From contig JAHFNY010000002.1 in assembly GCA_023267075.1 (NCBI GenBank), forward strand, positions 1 to 46,411: a DNA stretch of 46,411 nucleotides. Reading direction: 5' to 3'. The translations under genes and the position numbers were made by a program. Each line of letters begins with the position of its first letter. Within the stretch, counting starts at the first letter, position 1. The stretch comes from Candidatus Vogelbacteria bacterium. Lineage in GTDB: Bacteria > Patescibacteriota > Minisyncoccia > Phycocordibacterales > XYD1-FULL-46-19. Below, piece after piece: positions 27,840-35,145 of the stretch. The notes beneath the pieces are model-generated. The model had not been told where the DNA came from. It did not search any database and saw nothing but the letters and a program-made list of their open reading frames with translations.

Positions 27840-28551
27840 ACCTAAAATTAGTTTGATCATTCCGGCATATAATGAAGAAAAATATTTAGGCAGTTGTCTT
27901 GAACATGCTCTTAAAAATGGCGGGAGTGATTTCTTTGAGATTATAGTGATTGATAATGCGAGCACCGATCAAACCGCGACGATTGCCAGTAATTACCCGC
28001 AAGTACGGGTAGTGCGAGAAGATTGGAAAGGTCTTACCCGGGCCCGTGAGCGCGGGCTTAAAGAGGCGAGGGGCGAGATTTTAGCTTATCTTGATGCTGA
28101 CACCCATCTTCCTCCCGGTTGGACCAAAACGGCCATAAAAGAATTCAACCAGAATCCTAAATTAGTGGCTTTAAGCGGTCCATATACTTATTATGACTTC
28201 CCCCGCACCCAGCAAATTTGGATCAAATTATATTGGTTTGCGGCCACGGTGATGTATTGGTTTACTGGCTATATGTTGGTGGGTGGTAACTTTTTGATCA
28301 AGAAAGAAGTGTTGGAAAAAATGAGTGGCTTTAACACCAAGATAGAGTTCTACGGTGAGGACACTGATCTCGCTCGACGCGCCAGCAAATATGGTAAAGT
28401 GAAGTTTAATTTAAAGTTAATTATGCCCACTTCCGCTCGCCGATTAAAAGGCCAAGGGACGCTGAAAACCGCTTATTTTTATTTTATCAATTTTATCTCT
28501 CAAGTAGTGCTCCATCGCTCTACCACCAAAGATTATGCCGACCTCCGCTAA
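27811..28551 (+). CDS. glycosyltransferase family 2
   Basis: Contains ISLIIPAYNEEKYL, VIDNASTDQT and YLDADTHLPPGW. The start may instead be ATG 27829 (MDTKPK). Confidence 0.8.
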   Translation: MKQPKIMDTKPKISLIIPAYNEEKYLGSCLEHALKNGGSDFFEIIVIDNASTDQTATIASNYPQVRVVREDWKGLTRARERGLKEARGEILAYLDADTHLPPGWTKTAIKEFNQNPKLVALSGPYTYYDFPRTQQIWIKLYWFAATVMYWFTGYMLVGGNFLIKKEVLEKMSGFNTKIEFYGEDTDLARRASKYGKVKFNLKLIMPTSARRLKGQGTLKTAYFYFINFISQVVLHRSTTKDYADLR

Positions 28552-29170
28552 ACCCTGGCTCAATAAAGATTATTGGTTTGCCTTCTGGAGTGGGCTCATC
28601 TTCTTAATCGGTAGCTTGGTGGCTAATTATTATGCCAATCTCTACGCCATAGAGCGGGCCAGTAATCCAGTAACTGATATTATCTTAAGTAATACTCGCG
28701 CCTTTGATCTTGATGGCTTATTTATCTACGGCGCTTTCGGCTTGGTGGGTTTAATTACCATCCTAGGTCTAATTAAAATCCAACGCCTCCCATTTATTTT
28801 AAAAAGTGTGGCCCTCTTCGTTATCATCCGCTCGGTCTTTATCTCGCTTACCCATATTGGTATTTACCCCACCCATGCCGTGCTTGATCTTAATCCTTTC
28901 AGTCTGTTATTAAATAAATTTGCTCTGGGGGGTGATCTCTTCTTCTCTGGTCATACCGGACTCCCCTTTTTAATGGGGCTCATCTTTTGGGATAAAATTT
29001 ATTTACGTTACTTATTTATCTTTCTCTCCATTCTCTTTGGTACAGTCGTCCTCCTCGCCCACCTCCACTACTCCATTGACGTCCTGGCCGCCTTCTTCAT
29101 TACTTACTCTATTTACCACCTCGCCCGCCACTTCTTCCCCTTTGAGCTAAAACTGTTTCAAGAGGAGTAA
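28535..29170 (+). CDS. PAP2_C / sphingomyelin-synthase-like membrane protein
   Basis: GGDLFFSGHTG matches G-D-x3-S-G-H-T, and HLHYSIDVLAAFFITYSIYH matches H-Y-[ST]-x-D-V. These correspond to the D3 and D4 motifs of SMS-type PAP2 head-group transferases. Confidence 0.65.
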   Translation: MPTSAKPWLNKDYWFAFWSGLIFLIGSLVANYYANLYAIERASNPVTDIILSNTRAFDLDGLFIYGAFGLVGLITILGLIKIQRLPFILKSVALFVIIRSVFISLTHIGIYPTHAVLDLNPFSLLLNKFALGGDLFFSGHTGLPFLMGLIFWDKIYLRYLFIFLSILFGTVVLLAHLHYSIDVLAAFFITYSIYHLARHFFPFELKLFQEE

Positions 29171-29173
29171 GTG

Positions 29174-29201
29174 TTGATTTTTGAAGAAACTTTGTTATAG
29201 T
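29174..29201 (+). promoter_or_regulatory. sigma70-type promoter for tRNA-Ile
   Basis: TTGATT (29174-29179), 16-nt spacer, TGtTATAGT (hexamer at 29196-29201). The tRNA starts 14 nt downstream. Confidence 0.6.
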
Positions 29202-29214
29202 CTGAAGGTTATTT

Positions 29215-29288
29215 GCGTGTGTAGCTCAGCTGGTTAGAGCACGTCACTGATAATGACGAGGCCGTAGGTTCGAGTCCTACCACACGCA
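29215..29288 (+). tRNA. tRNA-Ile (anticodon GAT)
   Basis: The cloverleaf folds by hand: acceptor GCGTGTG/CACACGC, D arm GCTC-AGCTGGTTA-GAGC, anticodon arm CGTCA-CTGATAA-TGACG, T arm GTAGG-TTCGAGT-CCTAC, discriminator A. No CCA is encoded. Confidence 0.9.
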
Positions 29289-29304
29289 CCGTGTGAGTTT
29301 TTTT
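29281..29304 (+). terminator. hairpin plus T-run that shares the tRNA 3' acceptor strand
   Basis: CACACG-CAC-CGTGTG, followed by AGTTTTTTT (T-run at 29298-29304). Confidence 0.5.
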
Positions 29305-29810
29305 CTCGTTCTAGCAGGTAGTCAAGAGGAAAATGTGGTGTCAATTCGACGTTTTTTCGGTCAACCAAGCGGTTCGAGGTTGCAAATCTAACTAAATCGC
29401 GTTTTTCTTCGGAATTTGCCACTTTATAGTTAATCCAGGCCGTATTTGCGAGTTCGAGGATTCCCTGCACCTTAGATGGAATCTGTTGCTCTGTACCACT
29501 CGAAAGTTCCTGAATTTGTTCCTCTAGCCCCTTTCGCTCGAATAGCAGAGATTCCTTTCTCCTTTCAAAGGCTTCGCGATCGAGGGCTTGTTCCAAATAG
29601 GCGTCGGTCAACCGATCCATTCGGTCATTTGTTCGGGCTATTTGAAGGTTCAAACTTCGACTAATTTCTTCCTTTTTCGACTCCCACTTCTCGCTGTGCC
29701 TGGCTATTTCTTGGACCAAGTATCGCCATTCTTTTTCGCTAAACTGTAGCTGCTTGAAGAGAGCGAGAATTGCCTCATCGACTAGTTCCTCTCGTATTCC
29801 GGTGTCGATT
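29289..29810 (-). pseudogene. 3' fragment of a large serine recombinase gene (coiled-coil/C-terminal region only)
   Basis: The C-terminal ~170 aa of track ORF 29234..30061 read TNDRMDRLTDAYLEQALDREAFERRKESLLFERKGLEEQIQEL...ELANTAWINYKVANSEEKRDLVRFATSNRLVDRKNVELT. This resembles the C-terminal part of recombinase-family proteins. No resolvase catalytic domain is present, the N-terminal 85 aa look non-coding, and the ORF tail is antisense to the tRNA. Confidence 0.55.
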
Positions 29811-29811
29811 G

Positions 29812-30182
29812 CGTGCGAAATCAGCGTCAGTACATCGCCGGCACACGAATTGTCCAACATTGAAAAATGCCTTACCGCCGGATACACCCAAGTCGCGGTC
29901 ATATCTTCTGACGCGAAAAAACTTGCGGACATTGAAAAACAAACCAAGGCCAAATTCCTCAGCGAGCAGTTAATGCGAATACACTTCGTGACGCCGGAAC
30001 AATTGTTCGCAATCATTGAACGTTTTGAAGCGATGTCGGCAAGCACGGTGAAAACAGTCAAAGGCTACCGGGTAAAAGTGAATTATCAGCCGGTTGGCTC
30101 GAAGGACAAGCAGGCCCGGAGACGGGTTGTATCAAATGTAATTACGTCGGCTCTAGGTCGTATACGGTCAAGAAAAGGCTAG
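29812..30182 (+). pseudogene. orphan C-terminal gene fragment of unknown (mobile-element-type?) protein
   Basis: This is the C-terminal part of track ORF 29754..30182 (ACEISVSTSPAHELSNIEKCLTAGYTQVAVISSDAKKLADIEKQ...). It looks protein-like, but it has no plausible N-terminus and abuts the recombinase fragment head to head. Confidence 0.3.
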
Positions 30183-30469
30183 CAGATGATCGCCTATGTT
30201 ACGCAATCACGCAACATCGTTACGCAACGCAACAAAGATCTGTCGAAATAGCCTCTACGGTGACATTTTTCCTGCAAGCATATCCACCTAACGCCGAAAT
30301 CAGACCAATGTTTAAGATTGGCTACGATTCAAGGCTTACTCCTTGCAGTAATATCAGTTCTAGGTTATAGTCTTCAAATAATAGCCCTTCCTCGTGAGGC
30401 AACTGCTCACGGCGATCGGTTACAAACCCAATCCCTATGCAACAATCCGGCAGTAGCAAGGAGAAAGAC

Positions 30470-30793
30470 ATGCACGAAAACAGCAAGTATTCCGTAATCA
30501 TCACTACCTGTGGAACCCGTGAATCAGCAGAAAAAATCGCGGGGGCACTCTTGGATCAAAAACTTGCCGCATGCATTCAAATTTTTGATGTCACGAGCCT
30601 CTATACATGGAAGGGGCAGGTAAACAAGGACAACGAAAGTCTCCTTCTTATCAAGGCCAAAGCGGAACTCTACAATGAGATTGAGGAGTGTATTCGTCAG
30701 AATCATACCTACGAAGTACCGGAGATCGTGCAACTTCCGATAGTCAACGGATTCAGCTCATACCTCCAGTGGATCTCAGAGGTCAGTAAATGA
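30470..30793 (+). CDS. cutA: CutA1 divalent-cation tolerance protein
   Basis: Contains YSVIITTCGTRESAEKIAGALLDQKLAACIQI, WKGQV and HTYEVPEIVQLPI. A strong SD (AAGGAG) lies 6 nt upstream of ATG 30470. Confidence 0.8.
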   Translation: MHENSKYSVIITTCGTRESAEKIAGALLDQKLAACIQIFDVTSLYTWKGQVNKDNESLLLIKAKAELYNEIEECIRQNHTYEVPEIVQLPIVNGFSSYLQWISEVSK

Positions 30794-31086
30794 CCATTAC
30801 TGGTTCTATTCTCCTTTCCAGCGCGGCCACAATTGGGGGGTTTTTTCTTCGTCTCGCATATGAGTTCGTCAGAGATAAACGTCGATTCAAAAAAGAACTG
30901 CGCGACAACAATCACATAGACGTATCTGGAACTGATTGGCACGCTGCTTGGCAGACAAGCGTCGAAATCTGGTGGAGCGCGTACCGTCGCGTGAACTGCG
31001 TCTGGTTCAGGCTTCGAATTAGTTCACGTCACGTAGAAAGGTTATCTGCGGCCTACAAGATACCCGGACGAAATAAATCAGGCTAG
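30790..31086 (+). CDS. hypothetical; N-terminal TM helix, probably frameshifted after ~60 codons
   Basis: Its start overlaps the cutA stop as ATGA. The first part is protein-like (SILLSSAATIGGFFLRLAYEFVRDKRRFKKEL). The remainder is W/R-rich, and another frame reads more plausibly. Confidence 0.3.
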   Translation: MTITGSILLSSAATIGGFFLRLAYEFVRDKRRFKKELRDNNHIDVSGTDWHAAWQTSVEIWWSAYRRVNCVWFRLRISSRHVERLSAAYKIPGRNKSG

Positions 31087-31131
31087 TCATCCGAAAAAGG
31101 TCATTGGCAGCCCTGAAAGTCCACGTCCTTC

Positions 31132-31165
31132 AGAAAAGAAGCCTCGCCATACTTACTGGCGAGGC
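31132..31165 (-). terminator. rho-independent terminator (minus strand)
   Basis: GCCTCGCC-N9-GGCGAGGC, an 8-bp stem at 31141-31148 / 31158-31165. On the minus strand it is followed by TTCTTTTCT. Confidence 0.6.
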
Positions 31166-31259
31166 GAACAAACTGTTTCCACGACGCCAATCATCAAGTT
31201 GCGCTTGGCGATATCTCGGCTCCAAAAATTGCGGAGTATATTCTTTGGACCAACGTAAA

Positions 31260-31514
31260 TTATCGAATCAAAGACTCCTTGTCTTCCGTCAGCGTAATCC
31301 AGTCTCTAACCAATGTGAGCGACCTGATTAGGGGTACAATGTCTCGAGGAGTAAATACCTTCGTCTTCTGAATCCGATTTCCCCGACAGCAAGACTTGAA
31401 AACTAAGATCCTAAGCCTAAACCCGTCATTCCCCAATCTCCCGAAAACTTGCACCGATATACAATTTAATGTCGTGTCGTGGATTAGACTCCAGTTACGA
31501 TTGAAACAAGCCAT
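31260..31514 (-). pseudogene. decayed small gene with a strong SD
   Basis: GAGGAGG lies 8 nt upstream of ATG 31514. After the TAA at 31260 the same frame continues through one more in-frame stop towards the terminator at 31132-31165. Confidence 0.3.
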
Positions 31515-31747
31515 CTAGATTTCCTCCTCGCCGACGGCGATAACTCACCGCCCCCACAATGGAGGCGGTAAGAACGCCGGGCGAAAAGTCCATCAGACAA
31601 CCTTAGTGGAAATCATAACCGCTTAACATCTGGCTATCACATATCAATATCCAAATACAGCATATATCTGTTTATACATTTGTCAAGTTATATATACTCT
31701 ATCCAAAACCTCGGATGCACTAACCGGAACAGACTAATCTTCTCTCT

Positions 31748-33073
31748 TCATTCCGCGTCAAGATTTGGAAAAAGAAAATCCGATTTCCGTTTGGCCATTC
31801 TTAAAATCGACACTATTTCCGTTTCTTTACTGACCTCCGACAAATGCCACATAGACTTGAGAAATGCTAATCGTATGTTCATGTATTTAATACTCACGTC
31901 ACATCCAATACTAAATGGTACGCCAGTCGCGGGATCGAGTAGAAAGGGTCCATACTGGTAATTACTAAAATCAGGTTCACTTGAAATGTTTTCTCTACTC
32001 AAAAAAACCTTGGCTTCCTTCTCCTTCTCGATCCAGCGGTCTAATACCGAACAAAGGCTCCTAGTGAGAGCAAGATATCCGATCAAAGATTCAAGTCGCC
32101 TGGAATGAAGTTGCTTTTCACACAGGCCAGTAATACCAAAATCCACATCTGCAGGGCGGGCAAAAGTCCACTTACTTTCAAGAAATCCGGCTATTTGCTT
32201 ATCAACCTTCTTATTTGTACTCCCAAGTGCCTTGAACCATTCGCGCCTCAACGCCTTAACTCTCGGTTTGTCTTTGCACTCCTCGCTGTTTTGCCCAAGA
32301 AACATATCGACCGCCCGCACAATTCTAACGAAATAGGACAAAATCGGTGTGCTTTGAATTTTATCTGACAGCCGCTCCGTAAGCATTCGTCTATACTCCA
32401 CATGAATAATTGATTCTAAGTCGTCATTCTGAATTTGTCTGGCAAAAGTATCCCACCATTCTTTGACGTGATCGCACCATTCTTGGGGAGTACGTGTCAT
32501 CGGGCCTTTTGTCCCATACTTCAACAAGGACCAAACAAGAAAACATCGAACTAGATGTTCGAGCAACAATACATCCTTACGCGACCCCTCTTGCTGGGAT
32601 GTCTTAGGATGCAAGGCAAGCAACCGTAAATGGGTCCTGCAGTAAACATTGGGTATGCCTCCAAAAACGAGAATTCCCAGAATATACTCGACGGCCATTT
32701 CTTTCAGCTCGGCGGATAAGGCACTATGATCTGTATCATCTGGTGGAATATCAAGCAGCTTCAGTACTTTCTCCCCTTCGAGGTCTGGGCGCGCGCGAGT
32801 GAAACGACCGGCAAGCTGAAGAGTGACGGCCAGCGTCTTTCTTATGTCGTGAAATGCTGCGATCTTGAGCTCGGGAAGATCAAAGCCTTCTCCCAACATG
32901 TCTACACAGACGATGATTCGCGCCTCTTTAGAGACAATCTTTTGCCGGATCAACTCACGCTGTCGGACCGACTTAATGCCTGTGTGGAGTTGGACGGGGT
33001 TAAACTCCGGGTACTGTCTGTACAGTTCGAAGACTTCCTTCGCGCGGGCGACGTTTTCGACACGGGCCATCAA
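31748..33073 (-). pseudogene. superfamily-2 helicase C-terminal half plus unknown C-terminal domain (N-terminal ATPase half lost or degraded)
   Basis: Contains helicase motifs V/VI: IIVCVDMLGEGFDLPELKIAAFHD and QLAGRFTRA. The frame continues upstream (CPAKAIADCAIERLRHDRKKGHIL) to an in-frame TAG only 24 codons above the track start. I found no Walker A or DExH motif in any frame up to ~33330. Confidence 0.6.
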
Positions 33074-33568
33074 AATATGGCCCTTCTTCCTATCATGGCG
33101 AAGTCGTTCTATAGCACAGTCTGCAATGGCCTTGGCAGGGCACTACCGAACGATGCGACAGGGGCTAAGCAGCCTGTTATTGCGATTACGGTCTACGACG
33201 AGCGATAAGTGGAATCCAGAAGAATAACACTGGCAACGTAGCGCTTGTATCGGCAGCGGTGAGATAGAATCGGAGTGGCAATGAACCTACGGTGCCAATT
33301 ATTCCAGTGTTTTGACGAGATGTGAGTAAGATCGCAAGGACTTCGAGACGTTGGCAGAGACAATCACTTAGTTCTTTGTAGAGGGCGAAGTAGACTTGGG
33401 GACTTCAGGGACTTTGTTTTGATAGTGCGCTATAATCTTTTCAACCATATCGCGCAACACCTTGAAAGTTCGAGGTCTGTCTCGATACGGGGCACACTTT
33501 TTAAGTAAAAGAAAAGGCCCGGCCGCACTGCGAGAGTACGGGGGGGCCAAATGTGAACGAGAAAACAT

Positions 33569-33784
33569 TCAGGGGACGACGACTTCCACCTTAAGACCTT
33601 GAAACATATGGGTCTCGGTAATATGTCCGGTTGGCGCTGAAAACCAAACATGATCAGCATCTTGTGGACCTTGAGTTTTGATCCTGTGAACAGCAATCAA
33701 CATAGCCATCACAAAAAGTGTCGCTATGGCCCAATACCACCACTGATGCTTGCGAGATAACATCGCATCAAAAAATCGGTTCAT
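33569..33784 (-). CDS. small single-TM protein (hypothetical)
   Basis: GGAGGAG lies 7 nt upstream of ATG 33784. One TM helix (WWYWAIATLFVMAMLIAV). Confidence 0.4.
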   Translation of the reverse strand: MNRFFDAMLSRKHQWWYWAIATLFVMAMLIAVHRIKTQGPQDADHVWFSAPTGHITETHMFQGLKVEVVVP

Positions 33785-33985
33785 CTCTATTCTCCTCCGT
33801 GTTAGCGCCGGTGCTGGCGCTTATTTGTTACCTAAATACAATTGGAATGCGAAAAAAAGTAAGGCAACCGCCAAATAAAACAACGGTTCACCCATCAGCA
33901 AGAAGTAGTCTCTTACTATTTTCATATGGAAAGACCCCCTAAGTTGTTCTACTTAAGAGGTTAGCATAGTTAAAGCAAAAAGTCA

Positions 33986-34011
33986 AGTATCCTTTCTTTT
34001 GTTCCGTTTAT
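33986..34011 (-). repeat. 3' (trailer) half of the 16S precursor processing stem
   Basis: 33993-34011 is the exact reverse complement of 36484-36502 (19 bp). With two G-U pairs and five more Watson-Crick pairs, the helix extends to 26 bp. Confidence 0.75.
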
Positions 34012-34178
34012 AGAGGCTTTTACGAGATCCTCCAACTCACGTTGATTGTTACTCCTGCTCTTTCGAAACGAGCACGATGAGGGCTACAACGATCCCTCTC
34101 CCCACTCTAGTCTTGCGACCGTGAGTGGGGACGACCTGTAAGTAATAGGCTGACGCCCATTACAGACTGGAATAAATT
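34012..34178 (-). other. hairpin-rich 167-nt segment between 16S helix 45 and the processing stem (3' extension or insertion)
   Basis: On the rRNA strand: UAAUGGGC-GUCA-GCCUAUUA; CCCCACUC...GUC-GCAA-GAC...GAGUGGGG; GAGGG-N10-CCCUC; UGCUC...GAGCA; CAAC-GUGA-GUUG. There is no CCUCC anywhere in it. Confidence 0.6.
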
Positions 34179-34296
34179 CCACGACCAGCTTCCGCTAGCC
34201 GTGCCTTGTTACGACTTAACCCTTGTCACCGAGCTTACCGTAGGGTCGCCAAAGGCGACACTTTGGGCATTCCCGGCTCCCTTGGCTTGACGGGCG

Positions 34297-35145
34297 ATTA
34301 TCTTTTAGAAACTTAAAATTGATGTTCCCACGTAGCAGGCGGATTTCCCGCACTACGCGAGCTCTAGTGCATTTTGGCCTTTAGCTTAGCTAAACGGACC
34401 AAACCAGCTTGGGTGTGATGAACACCCCGTTCAATCAATGTAAGCATTTGGCAAAACAATTCAAAATCACGCCTTTTTGAAGGTAATCGCAAGCGATTTT
34501 TCTTGAAAAAGGGAACGATTATTTTACCCAAATGATCACGATGAGTGACCTCAAAACGATAACAGTGTTGATGATTACGACGATTATCTTTCTGGAAATA
34601 GACATTACCACAACCAAAATATAATTTAAGTTGATCAAGAATAGTTTTATCCTTCTCAATCAACTTGAGATAAAAACGTGGTTCCGCTTTTACCCGACGT
34701 TTAACTTTAGGCGAAGTAGCCTCTCGGACATAAACCGTAAAGCTGCCTTCGCCATCTACTAAACCAACAATGTAATCTTTTGTAAGCATTTAGACACTAG
34801 AGTGAGCCCTTCTCCCTATATAATTTGGGATACTATGGCTCAGCTGACTTCTGACGCTGCGTAAGTTTCATTATACCTCGCCTAACGGCGGATAACAACG
34901 TCAGATCTCCACAGGTAAGTTATAGCACTCTTCCCTTCATCCTCAACGTGACTTGTCTTAGATCTTCACCACGCTCACCGCCCCTCCGTGGTTCAATCAT
35001 CACTTTTTATGTTAAGGCTAAAGTTTGCTTCCAGATCCTTCACCCTAGACCTCGCGGTGCTAGGGCTATCTTTCAGCTACGCTCTGGGACGACCAGAGGA
35101 GTCGATTTTAACGACTTAGTTCTATAACCAGCTGCGCGCTTTTAT
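34297..35145 (-). mobile_element. 16S rRNA intervening sequence encoding a homing endonuclease
   Basis: Conserved 16S sequence stops after ...GTACTCAC (E. coli ~1399) at 35146 and resumes with CGCCCGTCA (E. coli 1400-) at 34296. The 849 nt between contain the LAGLIDADG ORF on the same strand. Confidence 0.85.
34364..34789 (-). CDS. single-motif LAGLIDADG homing endonuclease
   Basis: 141 aa. It has the motif YIVGLVDGEGSF near the N-terminus, and its size fits homodimeric I-CreI-type enzymes. It lies inside the rRNA insertion. Confidence 0.85.
   Translation of the reverse strand: MLTKDYIVGLVDGEGSFTVYVREATSPKVKRRVKAEPRFYLKLIEKDKTILDQLKLYFGCGNVYFQKDNRRNHQHCYRFEVTHRDHLGKIIVPFFKKNRLRLPSKRRDFELFCQMLTLIERGVHHTQAGLVRLAKLKAKMH

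Noticed and set aside
29234-30061. The 275-aa track ORF as an intact gene
   Set aside because: Its 3' end is antisense to tRNA-Ile, and its first ~85 codons are not protein-like. Only the middle and C-terminal part resembles a recombinase, so I treat it as a fragment.
30198-30233. A CRISPR-like or tandem repeat array
   Set aside because: These are only four 6-nt motifs with irregular spacing. I saw no repeat-spacer periodicity here or anywhere else in the window, and no cas genes.
33368-33784. Two minus-strand ORFs (71 and 66 aa) are in the same frame, separated only by a single TGA at 33569-33571. This could mean UGA recoding (code 25) or selenocysteine.
   Set aside because: TGA clearly works as a stop in core genes here, for example the ATGA overlaps at 7165-7168, 24665-24668 and 26646-26649. 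The locus lies in the decayed foreign island, and I saw no SECIS-like context. A nonsense mutation, or two adjacent small genes (TGA then ATG), is the simpler explanation.
29215-33960. A classical tRNA-targeting integrative element with att direct repeats
   Set aside because: I found no second copy of the tRNA 3' end within the island. The only recombinase trace is a serine-type fragment, not a tyrosine integrase. The boundaries therefore rest on composition and gene decay only.
34026-34033. GATCCTCC on the plus strand resembles the GATCACCTCC 16S tail
   Set aside because: It is on the wrong strand. In the rRNA it reads GGAGGAUC, which is SD-like rather than anti-SD, so it cannot be the missing 3' tail.
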